64,000 nt of DNA, taken from assembly GCA_977862235.1 (NCBI GenBank), contig OZ374557.1, forward strand, positions 3,534,001 to 3,598,000, in the 5' to 3' direction. A model generated the notes under the pieces. It made no database searches. It was given only the letters and a program-made list of their open reading frames with translations, and was not told the DNA's origin. This document shows, piece by piece, positions 35,136 through 48,776 of this stretch (the first letter of the stretch is position 1; each line of letters opens with the position of its first letter). The DNA is from Dudresnaya verticillata. Its lineage: Eukaryota. The position numbers and the translations under genes are program-made.

Positions 35136-35862
35136 TGTAGTAGAATGGCTTTGAAGCGAACAGAGACGGCGACACGGCACGACAGCTGTCCTCAAAGAGC
35201 GATCCCACTCGCGTGGTTGGTAGCTCGGTAAAGGGGTGGTAGAGACTTGAAAGGGCTTAAAGCCCTAACAAAGGAAAAAGGGAAAGGCGAACCCTGCTGA
35301 ATAGAGCAATTCGTCGTAGACGACAGGGCTTTTAGACGCCCAAAGGGAAGTTGTAGCGGTAGCACCGTAAGCGTCCAAAAAGGGGAAAACCCAAGGCACA
35401 GACCGCTGCCGGTTTAGTGCCGGGCCCCTGCTACTCAGGGGCCCCATAAATACGGCGAGAGCCGAAAAGGTGCTCCTCGCTCAGTTAGAGCTCTATGGCT
35501 AATACTTAGCTAATACTGTACAATACAGGTGGGATATGTCCTTAGATAGGGATGAGTGGTCAGGCCACAAGGCGAGCGCGGCGCCACTGTCAGGCGCCGC
35601 GAGGCAAACATCCGCCAGCAATGCATGGCGCGATGGTGCGGCCATAGTTAATCCCCAAATGGCACAGTGCCATATCATCTGGAGCAGTGTGCCTTACAGA
35701 TCAACTCTGTACACTTGTTGCCTTACAGCGCAGGAGCGTTCCAGCAATGAAATCAATCGGAGCACCAGCCATATCACCCGGGCAGTTGTGCGCCTGTCAT
35801 TCCTTACAGAGGACTCGTGTCCACGTGGCTCCTTACAGAGCGTCAACGCCCGTTATACCGCA
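35136..35862 (-). mobile_element. Solo LTR, family B, inverted (727 bp)
   Basis: Near-identical reverse complement of the B1 LTRs. Confidence 0.95.
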
Positions 35863-36205
35863 CACGTAGTAGGTATAGATGTTACAGTATAACAGCGTGC
35901 GGCATCGTTCTACGCAGACGTGCTACCCCATGTCGATGGTACGATCTTGAGCTTCTATTCGGAATGCAAGCAAGCAAGATGAGCGAGATTTTCGGGGAGC
36001 AAGTGCAATGCTTCTTTCCAACGCAGGGTGAACTTCTTTGTAGCTTTCGGATGGACCTCTTGAGTGAAAGCGCATCCATCTCTGCTTCTGCTATCGAGAG
36101 GAAAGGTGCACCGCTGGCCAAATGCGTGTGGTTTATAGACGGCAGCAAGATAGAGATGTGCAGGCCTGGTGGTGACGGTAGCATGCAGCGCAGTGTTGTG
36201 TATAC
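35863..36205 (+). pseudogene. Harbinger-like (DDE_Tnp_4/HARBI1-type) gene, piece 4
   Basis: RYRC..TACGIVLRRRATPCRWYDLELLFG and AIERKGAPLAKCVWFIDGSKIEMCRPG..QRSV (first catalytic Asp in FIDG); continues after A2 as YAGHK.KH at 48098-48123. Confidence 0.85.
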
Positions 36206-36831
36206 TGTGGTGAAGTGAGCCGTGGCGCGCATGCCGCACGCCGGCGGCGAGCCAACCGTAACAGGTGATGTGGCAATACGCCACGCTGATGATCTGGCAA
36301 CTTGTGGCCGTGTCGGGTGTGTGCACATTGCTGTACGCTGGTATGGATTGCTGTACAGCAGTGTAGCGCACCAACCATACCGGAGTATTTGTAGTATTTA
36401 TTCTTTATTTTTAGTGAGTCTGTGTACAGTGTGTAGAGTAGCGCGCCAGCAAATGAGAATGCTGCGCATGTCCCTGTCGGAGATTGGGACCAACAGGGCC
36501 GATTCCGCCATAGGACCAGACCACTAGGGTCTGGCCCCCACGGACCAGACCGCTCGGTGCCACCCTGACTTGTGTACCAGGGCTGCACCGCAGCGACTCC
36601 TAAGGTAAACGGGTAAGCAACCTTAGCCCAATCCTTTACGGTTTTCCCCGCGCCGAGCCCGTTGCGGTCTACCACCACCACTGTTACGGAGTCCGTCCCG
36701 GCACTTATACCACCCCCTTGTCTGTTGCTTCCCAATATTCGTCTCGGTTAGCCGCTCGCTGTTCTCCCGTTTCGGTGCGAACTGCTCTACCACCCCGTGG
36801 AGGTAGTGTTGCTCTCGTCCGTTAAGGAAAT

Positions 36832-37470
36832 TGTAGTAGATTGGCTTTCAAGCCAGAGTAGACGGCCACACAGCACGACAGCTGTCCTTAAAGCGTGATC
36901 CCACTCGCGTGGTTGGTAGCTCCAAAAGAGGTGGCAGAGACTTGAGAGGGCGGCAAGCCCTGCAAAAGAGGGGGAAAAGGGAAGGCGAACCGTACTGCTT
37001 AGAGCAGTCGTCGTACGTAGCACGGCTTGTAAACGGCTAACGGGGGTTGTAGCGGTGATATCGTGAGAGTCCAACAAAGGAAAAAAACCCAAGGCACACA
37101 CCGCTGCCCGTTTAGTGCGGGGCCCCTGTTACTCAGGGGCCTAATAAATACGGCGGGAGCCGAAAAGGTACTACCCGCTCAGTTAGAGCTATAATGCTAA
37201 CAGTGAGCTAATACTGTACACGAACAGTTACACTAGCGATTAAAAATAGGAATGAGCGGTCATACCGCTTCCGTACGTACGGCGTCATTGTAAGACGCCA
37301 CGCCCAAAATAGACGTGCCATCATGGCGCGTATCCACCACTCAGCGCGCATAGTGCTCACGTAGTAAATTGTCCAATGGCGAGCAGCCAGCTCACTCCGG
37401 TTTCCCACGCCTTACAGGCGTCGCGTGTACACGTGGCTCCTTACAGCGCCCCAGCGCTCTTTATACCACA
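36832..37470 (-). mobile_element. Solo LTR, family E (B-related, 639 bp), inserted in the A2 5' LTR
   Basis: TGTAGTAG...TATACCACA termini; TSD GAAAT/GAAAG; diverged similarity to the B LTR. Confidence 0.88.
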
Positions 37471-37485
37471 GAAAGTCAGGCCAGC

Positions 37486-40163
37486 CGTCACGGTATTCTA
37501 CTGGACACTTAGATGTACCTACGCCAGGGCGCTATCAGCAAGAGCGCTATACCGTTCCGGTTCGATCAGGTGGAGGCAGCGACCATCTCAGCGATGCGTC
37601 CAGCTCACCCCATCCGAGTCGGAGGACCGATCGAGGTCAGCATAAACGAGATGCCCGACACTGCCGCTCTGACCCTCCCCGTCGGTCGCACATGGGCGCC
37701 CACACCCAGCGACGACGCCACCAATCTGGTATGGAATCCAATGAGAGCAGCTCAGAGGATAGCCAACACCGCCGCCGCAAGAGGAGAAACAGAAGATCGC
37801 GGAAACGCGAAAAAGGGCATGACTCCTGTACCTCTACGGATTCAGACTCAGAGAGTTCTTCCGTAACGGATAGAGAGAACAGGCACCGAGCCAGAAAACA
37901 AGGTGCCAAATCCGGAAAGGTGAAGGTAATCCGGCCGCTACATGACAAGTTTGTCAAGGCGCTGGACTACCGCACCTATCGATTTGATAAGAGGAGTAGG
38001 ACGTACGGCTCTGAGCTCTCACAGAACATGAGCCGTATAACGAAGAAACTCGACGTCCAGATGTCGTCCCATACATTCAATGGGACGGGCCCTATTACTG
38101 TCTTGGGATTTCTCGCCAAGTTCCGTGACGGTTGTAACATCTACGGCATCGCCGAAGGGGTTGCCGTCTGGTGCTTCCAGTTTTTCCTTAAAGGACAGGC
38201 CGAAGCCCTTCTACAGGCTAGGCTTGCTGGAGGTACCATGGCGGTTGACGTGGAGCAGGCCGAGATGCTCCGCACATATTCCGAGGTGGTGAACTTTTTA
38301 TTGAGAACCTACGCTACGGATGAAGTCATTACTGAAGCCTATACGGATGTCAGCAACTTCAGGCAAACATCCGCCATGACGGAAGAGCAGTTCTCGAACC
38401 AACTCTGGGCCAAGGCTCTCCGTTGCGGGACAGTATTTTCCGATCGGGCATTGAAGTCGCTGTTCGTGGAGGGACTCCTACCGGGCACTCGTCAACAGAT
38501 GAGAAATTATCTGGCGACGCATTCCCAACTGGATTACCAGGCCATCACTCGATACGAAACTGGACTGGGTCAGTCCCATCGGGCAGCTCGACGCCAAACC
38601 GTTCCGGCTCACGTCTTTGATGGGCGCACTAAAGCGCGCCCGTCTCAGGTTTTGTCGCTGGATTCCGTATGGGATGAACACTATGAGTCGCAAGGGAATC
38701 TTTCCGCTACGAAGAATCAAGTGCTAGCAGTCGAGGGAGGTCACGGTGCCGCTACGGGAACCAGTACGGGGATTACCTTTTCAACCCCATACTCTTCACC
38801 CCCGCAAAGCGTCCACCCTACGCCACCCAGGATGCCACGCGCGCAAGGTCCCCCCTATGGTGGATCTCGCCCGGCTCCTGGCCCCCAACAGCAGCCGAGT
38901 CACCGCTACGGAAATAATGTCCACGATGGCCGAGAAAAGCAGCAACCAGCACCTCCGCTACGGGATGAGTCGGATCCTCGGGTCCGACGAGTTTACAGAA
39001 GTGGCTGTGGTGCAAGACCCCGGGGGAAAACCCGTTTTATATCGCTACACCCGCTCGCGCGGTGAGCGGACGACGGTACACGCGGATCACCCGCGACCAT
39101 AACATACGCCGATTACCGGCAACTTGGATGGGCCCGTGCGCGAATGCCGCGCGTGCGAGATCCGGCCAATGGTTGACGCGCCCTTGCCACGGTGCGCGCG
39201 CGCCCGTACAGCACGCGCCAACAGCACACACGGGCGACACGTCTCCACGTGTACACGCGTAACACGCGCGCCGAATATACCCGAGGGAATCCTCGCCCGG
39301 ATGCGCCCCAACAATGCGCACCCTTAGATTACACTGATTTACAGTGCGGTAGTAGTATTTCTACGCTAGGTATTTTTGCGCGATATTTTAGTGAGCTCGA
39401 GATGCGCGCGCATGACAAGTGTCAAGCGCACAGCGCCACACACGCGCGCACATCTCCCGCGGGGAATACTTAGTATACGAGGTGAACCCCCCTCACAGTA
39501 AAGCGCCAAGAAGGCCTAAGAACTCGAGGATACCCCCACCTTCGCACTCGGTGACGACACCGCGCGCGACTTGGGCTTACGTACCCCGTTCTACTGCCTG
39601 GCTTCAACGGCACTCACCGGCGTAATCGCCTTCATCGTTCTACGTGCACTACAGCACTCTTACGTGGGCCGGGGGTTTACAGTCGACCCCGTCCACGTTT
39701 CAACCAGCCGGGGCACACCCCGTGTCCCTAGCTCTACCACCCAACCGGCGTCGGCCTCACCGCCGCCGCCTGCTACCACCCCGTGGGAGGACCACTCGGA
39801 CTCTGGTTCTGGGGTTGCGCCCTTGTTCGGGCGTTGCACCACAGTGGCAATTGCCGCATCTGCCTTTCCGCCGAACATGTCGTTTGCCCGTGGATAAACG
39901 ACGCCGATCGGGTTAAGCTCATGGAAGAGCGTGAGCGCAACTTCCAGAGGCACTACCCTGTAGGCCGCAGGTTCGTCGTAGGAACCAGTTCGAATCCGCA
40001 AGGGAATCGGGGCAAGCCGCAAACGCCCCCTCCGCAACGGAATGCCCCGATATTATCGGTGGAGGACCATGACAGAGTGGAATACGCGAAATTGCGTGAG
40101 CCCATGGAGGCGGATCCGACTGGTGCACCCTTGATTTCGGAAAACGCAAGGGGGGACGCGTAA
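37486..40163 (+). pseudogene. gag: gag of A2, 5'-deleted and interrupted by solo LTR G
   Basis: Collinear with A1 gag from ~10506 onward. Confidence 0.9.
39006..39843 (+). mobile_element. Solo LTR, family G (838 bp)
   Basis: TGTGGTGCAA...TTGCACCACA termini, TSD GTGGC, absent from A1. Confidence 0.9.
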
Positions 40164-43100
40164 GGGCGCCGCCGTCCCCGCCTCACGGCGTTCCACCTCT
40201 CGTGAGTGTGGACTCGCCCGGGGATCGACGAGATACCGTTACGGAACTCCCATTGGCTTTTCAGACCAATGATCCTATACGTGTTATGCAACAACAAAAT
40301 TATAAGATTCAAATTACCGTGGGACAGACAGATAGCGTGATGCTTCCTATAATCTCCGTATTGGACTCTGGCGCGGGGCCAAATCTCATTATTGCCAGGC
40401 GACTTCCCCGTCAATGGCTACCCCTCATTCGCCCCACCACCAGTCCTCCGCTACGGGATGCATCTAATCGCGCTATACGCCCCCTTGGCCCGATCCAACT
40501 TTTCGTCCGCATCGGAGAGCTCCGTGCTCGCGTCCATTTCCTCGTGGTCGCGAACTTAGCTGCTCCGTGTATCTTGGGGACTACCTTCATCGACCGCTAT
40601 GTGAAGGCAATCCTCCCTCCGTTACGGAAAGTTGTTTTTCATCATTACCCACCGGTATCCCTTGTTGGTCAAGCCAAAATTCCGAAGACGGGTACCGCCG
40701 CAACCCTACAGCCCTCATCTTTATCCACCGGTACGGTCTCTCAGAAAATTCGTTTAGCCAGATCTACCCTTATTCCCCCTATGACTCAAACCTCCGTAAC
40801 GGTTAATACCCCCACGGGTGGGTTATGCTTTCTACAAAATCATCCTAAGCCGGCTTTTAAGCACCTTACGTTAATGGCTAATGGTATTATGGATGTTGCA
40901 CCTAACAAACCGTTTCGGATTTGGGTCTCTAATTTTTCTAACAAGCCGGTACGGTTGCCCAAATCTACTGTCGTGGGCCTCGCTACTGCGGCCCCTTTTG
41001 CTATTTTTACCGTTGACGGTATACCTCCATTTAAGGAGGGGGGAGGAATTATTCAATCATTCAATTCTAACCCTACCTCCGAAAAGGCCAGCAGCATCTC
41101 CCCTCACGACAATGAAGTAAGCAAACCCGTAACGGAAAATACAAATACTACCGACTGGAAGGATCAAGTCCAGATCGGCACAGAAGAAGCATCGCTCCGT
41201 AAACGGATTTTAACCCTACTCGAGGAATATAAGTCGATGTGGAGTGGCCATCTTGGCAACTTTACAGCTGCCAAGCACCGCATCTAGTTAACGCCCGGAG
41301 CTAAGCCAGTATATCAAGCCCCATACCGTGCCGGACATAAGCAGCGAGATCTCGAAAAGACAGAGATCGATCGCATGCTTTCCGCTAAGGTAATTGAACC
41401 AGCCTCATCGGAGTGGGCCAACCCCGTGGTTTTCGTTCCAAAAAAGGACGGCACCATGCGGTTCAGTGTTGACTATAGAAGGCTCAATTCCGTAACGGTT
41501 AGGGACTCATATCCCTTGCCCAGGATGGATGAGTGCATAGATTCCCTTGGGGAAGATACTGTATTTACCACCCTGGATTGCAATAGCGGATATTGGCAAG
41601 TCGAGATTCCGGAAGAGGAAAGGGAAAAAACTACCTTCACTAGCCATTTTGGCTTATACCGTTTTCGGAGAATGCCATTCGGATTGAAAAATGTACCGGC
41701 AACCTTCCAACGGGCAATGGATATAATCCTTTCTACGGTTAAATGGCAATTTGCCCTCGTCTACCTAGACGATGTAATTGTCTACTCAAAAACCGTTACG
41801 GGACATTTCCACCACTTGAAGGAAGTCCTTACGCTTTTACGATCGGCTGGGGTGACGTTGAAATTGTCAAAGTGTGACTTCTTCAACGCGTCTGTACAAT
41901 ACCTGGGGCATGCTATCCGTCCCGGAAAATTAGAAGTGGATAATCGGAATATCCAATCGCTAAGGTCGCGAAGCCGCCGACCAACCAAACGGAATTGCGA
42001 TCCTTCTTGGGAATTTGCAACGTGTATCGTCGCTTTGTACCCAACTTCGCTCGGATTTCAGCAGCGCTGAATAAGAAGACCGGCAAGGGCTCACCCTTTG
42101 AGTTTGGAATATTATCCGATACGGAATACGAAGCCTTCGAGGAACTGAAGAGACGCCTTATCTCTCCACCTATATTGGCTCTACCCCGTCACGGATATAA
42201 ATATACGTTGGACACTGACGCATGTGACCACCAAGTCGGCTGTGTCCTTCTGCAGGAACAACCGAATGGCAACCACCTCCCTATTGGATACTGGAGCCGA
42301 AGCCTCACCGATGCGAAGAAAAATTATACGACAACCGAAAAGTAATGCTTAGCCGTGGTCTGGAGCATGTTAACACTCCGGCCCTACCTTTACGGTGACA
42401 AGTTTATTCTCCAAACGGATCACGATACCCTGCGGTGGATCCTGAAAATCGCAGACTCATCTGGGCGCCTAGCCAGGTGGAGGCTCCGCCTATCGGAATT
42501 TGAATTTGAGGTGCAATACCGTCCTAGAATTAAGCATCAACTCGCCGATGGGATGTCGCGACTCCGAACAGATGGCGGTGACGATAGACCTTTGGATGAA
42601 GAAATACCTTGCTTTGTCGGCGAAAATAACATGCGCCGTGGAGCCCGTCAGTGGGAGTGCATCCGCCTCCCCTGACAAGCCCGACGCAATACCGTCACGG
42701 TTTACTGCAATCCAAGAATCCGACGTTAAGGATGAGACAATTACCAGGGAGGAGTTCCTTGAAGCGCAAACCCGAGACCCTTTCTGTCGTCTCAAAGCCG
42801 ATACGGTAGGCTCCCCTGGATAACAGTTTGACTATGACCGTAATGGATTCTTGGTACGCAAGTCCCAATTGGATGGCGCTCTACGGAAGGTGGTGCCAAG
42901 CAAACTCCGTGGACGGGTATTGTATTTATCCCACTACACGCCGATGTCGGGTCACCCAGGCGGAATTGAGATGTATTATACACTCCGACAGGATTATTAT
43001 TGGCCTCATATGGCCAACGATTTATTTGAATCCGTTCGGACATGTCGCTCCTGCGTGAAGACAAAGGGAACCCGCTTTCGGAATCAAAGGTTTATGAAAC

Positions 43101-44404
43101 GTTTCCCCGCTAGCGGGCCTTTGGGGTTTGTCGCTATCGACATTCTCGGGCCACTTCCGAAGACAAAACGGGGTTATGTCTACGTCTTGGTAATTACCGA
43201 TCGATTCTCTAAGCTGACGCGCTGTATTCCGTTACGGACAACAACAGCCGTTGTGGTGGCTAACGCCTTTCTGGACTTTTGGGTGTATGCGTATGGCGCA
43301 CCTCAATTTGTCCTAACCGATAACGGACCGCAGTTTACTGCTAAGTTCTTTGACGCAGTGTGTTCCTTACTCGGCGTCAGGCATCTACTTACCGCTGCCT
43401 ACCATCCGCAGACAAACGGGCAAGCTGAGCGATTTAATAAGACAATCGCCCAGCGTTTGCGCCATTACGTTGAGGATCATCACTCCGATTGGGATTTGTA
43501 CCTGCAACCGTTGACGTATGCGTACAACATGCAGGTACACCGTATTACGGAAACAACGCCACTTGATTTGGTGCTGACACGCCACCCATCGGACATTGTT
43601 GTACGAGGGGCTCCTGTGCAGCATCAAGAAACCGTTACGGAAGGGTGTATGACCCCGGTGTTACAGAAGCGGAGCACCATGCGCCGTTTACGGTATGCGC
43701 TCCAGACAGCACGCACTAAACAGACAGTGGCCCAGCAAAACGCCAAGGCATTGTTTGACCGTAAGGTGCGCTTTAGGCCCATAATCCGTAGCGGAGATCA
43801 AGTCTATGTCGACCGGCCACCCCATAACTTGCGGCCTGCCGAACGCCGTGAGCGGGACCGATTGGAAGGCAAACCGGATGATGTGGGCGAGGTGGGTCAA
43901 GAAATGAAGAAACTCCTTCCGAGAGCCACGGGGCCTTATGAAGTGGAATCCGCAACGTAACATGTCGTTACAATCCGCAAGGAAGGGGTATTGATCCCAG
44001 TAAGTATCGATCGCATCACGAAGGTTCCGATCGGAGTTGCGGTTCAGCCGGCACCCTTGACAGTGCCGCCTGTCACGCCATCAACCGTTTACGGAGAAGT
44101 AGTGCCACATCCAGAAGGTACTACAGTACCGCCTACACCGTTAGCGGGAATTGCACCCTCCGTAGCGGAACCCCTACAAGCCGATACGGAATATGTGATC
44201 GACAAGAATGTCGGTCACCGCGACGAACCTACTGGGATGACATACAAAGTCCGCTGGCATGGTTACCCTCCGGATCAGGACACTTTTAAGCCCGCGGAGG
44301 AGTTGCCGCAGAATTTCATCTACCGATATTGGAAGCAAAAGAAAAAGACATCCGCTAAGGGTAAGCCACGGCGACGTGCTAACCCAACACGTCACTCACC
44401 GTAA
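40139..44404 (+). pseudogene. pol: pol of A2 with chromodomain; several stops and frameshifts
   Basis: Closely similar to A1 pol; stops at 41285, 42343, 42821, 43958; deletion near 42625. Confidence 0.95.
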
Positions 44405-44443
44405 CGGACAATTGGAATGCTAGTGTGTGGGAACGTACAATGT

Positions 44444-47286
44444 TTATCGGCGACGCCGCTTCGGAGTAGAGGCAACTGTATCTTCCTCGTTGCCCCCCTG
44501 ACCCGTTCGTAAGCCGGGTTCCCCACTCGGATCCGATTGGAATGCACGTTGCGTATTGTCTCCCAAGACGCGAATCGCACTATCCATATGCCGACGCTGA
44601 CGACGGACCACTGCGCGGAGATGAATCACCTTCTCCATCAGTCCCTCCGCTAAAGTTAGCGCCTCCTGAACGGATCCTGGAAATTTGAAGCGCTGGGTAT
44701 GGCAAATGCCCCGTAGCACCTGTAACCCGCTTTTAGTAGCGGCTAAGTGAGCCGGAACCGTAACGGTGGGATCCTCATCTTCCTGAAACTCTACCTTTTG
44801 GGATATAGGCGACTTATCCCTAACCCCGGCTTCGATTGAGCGCTCCGTTGAGGAAACCACCAATACGGATGCTACCGACTCGGGTGAAGGTACTTCCTTC
44901 CGCAGCGGTGGAGTCGTATCCTTCTCTGGCGAGGCGATATCGCTTTTCCGTAACGGTTCAGGACTTGACGCGGGGGTCGAAGGCTTGTCACCAATTGCCC
45001 CGGCACTTGGGCGTTTTGGAGCCACTTCCGGTACGGTAATCGGTGCCTCACTCACCACTGGTGTGGGAGTGGGTGACAACAGCTGAGCACTTGTCGGGGC
45101 AGTTCGGCGGCTGCAGGCATTTGCGTCGCAGGAGACAGTGCTTCCGGCACAGTAACCGGCGCTGCTTCCGAAACGGTCTGCCCCTTCGAGCCCCCCTTCT
45201 TGGATGGTGCCGCGGGCTTAGGCACCGCCACAATAGGCTCAACCACGTCTATGGGCGTTGGGGCCTTAACCGATACGGGAGTAGTAGTCTCACGATCCAC
45301 ATCGCGCGACGTGGGTGTAGCGACCACCGGAAGGACTGGAGCGGCTGTTTTCTCGATATTCGCTGCCATCGGTGCGATGGGCATGACCTCCTCCTGTTCT
45401 TCCAAGAAGGGGCCAGGTTCTTGCTGCCTCACCGTAACGGAATCGCTCGGGTCGATTGCACGTGAACGCCCCGCTGTCTCCTAACAACTCCCCCAATCTT
45501 CGACCCCGTCCAAACCGTTACGGTACGCATCCCTTGGTGCTTGGCGAGGCGCATTGCCCCGATGGGCCTGCACCTCTAAGGCCAACCATTCCGGACGCGG
45601 ATCTTCTCGATGAAGGAAATATGGCTCACCCACTCCGGGCCTAAGCGGGGGCACCGATAAGACACGGTCCTCATCCCGAATATGCCCCAAGAAGCCCGGA
45701 GTGCGTTGCCAATCCTGCTCTCCGTGTACGGAAAAAAGACGCTCAACCCGATGGAGAGGATACGCCGACCCCGTCACCAAATCGGCTACGCCGACTTGGC
45801 GAATTAGGGCGATCACCGTCACGGGAAGTTGAAAAATACGGCCACAGTCTCCTCCGGGTAGGTCAGCTTCGTCACGCGGGAAGCAGCGCCAGTCGTATAA
45901 CCTGGTATTGCACCGCACGCCGTAGTAGGCAACCTGGAGCCACGAAAATAGCACCAGCATTGCCCACTCCGATCGGAAGATGCGCCAAAGCACGTCGAGT
46001 TGATCTTGGATCGGGGGACGCTCTCCGTTCGGATGTTCGCGATTCCACTCCCGCTCCGTGAGCAGGTCCGCAGAGAAGTACACCACCACAGAAGGCGTGG
46101 GCACGGATAACCAACGAGTTACCTCGCATTTATCCCACCACGACGGAGCTGTGAGGTAGAGCTCACGTCGCATCCGATACGGAAGGTGGAAGAACTCCTT
46201 GTTATTCCACGTGTGCAAGATGGGTGCCCCCACATGCATTCCGTTTCGATAACGTGTCCGCAATCGGTGTTCCATCGCCGCGTCGTCTTTCCACCCGCCG
46301 GCATAGCGGAACCAATCCACCGACTGGTCATACGGTTGGTCGAAGCAGATAAACTGCACCCCGATCGGTGCACCCCGTAGACGGAACGCCTTGGCCAACA
46401 AACGGCTCACCTTCGCGAAATACCCAACTTCTCCGTGGCAACGGTACCACAACAAATTCGAAACGGTAGTGGTGCGTTCTTGGCAGTAGCTGTGCACCCA
46501 TCGGCTTTGCCACGCAAGCGCCGGCCGGTTCGGCACGAAACCAATCCGCTGGTTTGCCTTGAAGGGCTGCTCCGAAACGGCTTGGTATCGTCGCGCTTCC
46601 AAAACGGTTGGGTAACCCTCGATGAAGTATGACACTGTCATCGGTGGTATCACCTTCGCCCGTTACGCATCGGATCTCGCCGGGCGCCCCGCACGGTGGT
46701 CGAAATGGTGCCCCGGCCAGTATCCGCTCAGGGCAGGACCCTCGCCGCTACGGGTACGCGCCATCGGCATCCAAGAGCCTGTCGTAGGCATCATGCTCCG
46801 CACTGGCACCCGCGACCGTTTCGGAGTGCTGCCTGACGCATATGGGCTCGCACCTATGTTCCGCATCGGGGTTGAGTCTGGAGTCGATGGCGTCCGTAAC
46901 GGAATCGATGGTAGGTCCGCCAAGTTGAGCTCCTCACCACCACGTCGGACCTCCTCGTCGTCATCATTGGTCGAATCTTCTCCGTGACGGTGGGTCGCTG
47001 CATTCCCTAACTGGGTGCTCCTTGTGGCTGGGCCAGCAGCAAACCGATTCGGATCGTAGACAGACCAGCCGCGGCCCGCCGATAGTGCCTGTGACGGTTC
47101 CGCTGCGGTAACGCCCGCGCGACCACTCGTCGTGCGTGGTGCCACAACCGCCGAGGACGAGGCCTGCGCTTGAGTCGAAGTATCCGTAACGGTAGGCGCA
47201 CCCGGTGCTCTCGTCGTCGAGCTCGCGCGGGTACGCCGTGTCGGTTGAAAGGGGGAGGGGGAGCGCTTGCTCTTCTCCCCTGCTAT
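44444..47286 (-). pseudogene. Antisense accessory ORF of A2 (start codon lost, internal stops)
   Basis: Fragments 46663-47145, 45481-46653, 45052-45432 and 44444-45079 align to the A1 antisense protein. Confidence 0.85.
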
Positions 47287-48123
47287 CTTGGAAGCGGGCG
47301 CACGAAGGAGAAGGAAGACTTAAGGAAGATATCCAAATCGGTTGTGTGTGTGGGTGTGGAAGCAAAGGTAATCCGTGACGGTGGGCGCCCGAGGACGTGG
47401 CGCCATTTAAGGAGAGGGGTCTGTGGTGTAGTGAGCCGTGGCGCGCATGCCGCACGCCGACGGCGAGCCAACCGTAACGGGTGATGTGGCAATACGCCAC
47501 GCTGATGATCTGGCAACGTGTAGCCGTGTCGGGTGTGTGCGCATTGCTGTACACTGGTACGCATTGCTGTACAGCAGTGTAGCGCACCAACCATACCGGA
47601 GTATTTGTAGTATTTATTCTCTATTTCTAGAGAGTCTGGGTACAGTGTGTAGAGTAGCGCGCTAGCAAATGAGAATGCTGCGCATGTCCCTGTCGGAGAT
47701 TGGGACCAGCAGGGCCGATTCCACCATAGGACCAGACCACTAGGGTCTGGTCCCCACGGACCGGACCACTCGGTGCCACCCTGACTTGTATATCAGGGTG
47801 GCACCGCAGCGGCTCCTAAGGTAAACGGGTAAGCAATCTTAGTCCAATCCTTTACGGTTTTCCCCGCGCCGAGCCCGTTGCGGTCTACCACCACCACTGT
47901 TACGGAGTCCATCCCGGCACTTGTACCACCCGCTTGTCTGTTGCTTCCCAATATCCGTCTCGGTTAGCCGCTCGCTGTTCTCCCGTTTCGGTGCGAACTG
48001 CTCTACCAACCCGTGGAGGTAGTGTTGCTCTCGTCCGTTAAGGAAAGTCAGGCCAGCTGTCCATCTCGGAGTTCATGAGGTTTCACTACACCACATATAC
48101 GCGGGCCACAAGTGCAAGCACTG

Positions 48124-48776
48124 TGTAGTGCAACGATATTGCCACTTTTCGTGTTACCACGTGATCAGCGCGTTAATCGCGAAGGCTTACACACGTGTGC
48201 TCGTTAGGTAGCGCACGTGGCCACGTCGGCCCACTTCGGACGCGCGCAGCCCATTCTGGGCTTGCCCGCGCGCGCTCCTATTACTTACATTCCCCTTTAC
48301 AGTAGTCGACACTCAGTGTACACTAGGTACACTTAGGTGTCAGTGTTAGTTGTCAGTGTAGGGCCGGACCCACCTGGTGGACCAGACCCATTGGGGTCTG
48401 GCCCACACGGACCGTACCGCGGGGCGTAGATAATCTCCCAGTATATTAATGGGTGGTCACCGCGAGTCCTACAGTAAATGGGTACGCAGCCCTGGGAAAA
48501 GTGACTTACCCTAAGCCTTACCCTCATACTCCTTCGCGGTTTCCCCTCGCCAGTCCCGTGCACGGATTCCTCTTACCTCCGTCCCGGTGTATCTGTCCTG
48601 ACACTGTACCGTCCCCCTTGTCTGTTGTGTCCCTTTACTCCTTACAGGTGTTGCCGCTCGAGGTACTTCCTTCGGTCTACGAAGTAAGCTCTACCACCCC
48701 GGTGCCGTGTGAGATCACTCCTTATTCCGATTGCCTGATCAGCTCTCCTTACAGGTGTGCCTTTCACTACACTACA
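48124..48776 (+). mobile_element. Solo or recombinant LTR, family D (653 bp)
   Basis: TGTAGTG...CACTACA termini; shares the CCAGACC..GGTCTGG hairpin and CCCCTTGTCTGTTG with the A LTR; flanks CACTG/ACAGC do not match. Confidence 0.8.

Larger units (their letters stand above)
36206..48095 (+). mobile_element. Family A Gypsy copy A2 (more degraded; 5' LTR interrupted and truncated)
   Basis: TSD TATAC (36201-36205/48096-48100); 3' LTR 47422-48095; PPT 47409-47419; collinear with A1. Confidence 0.95.
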
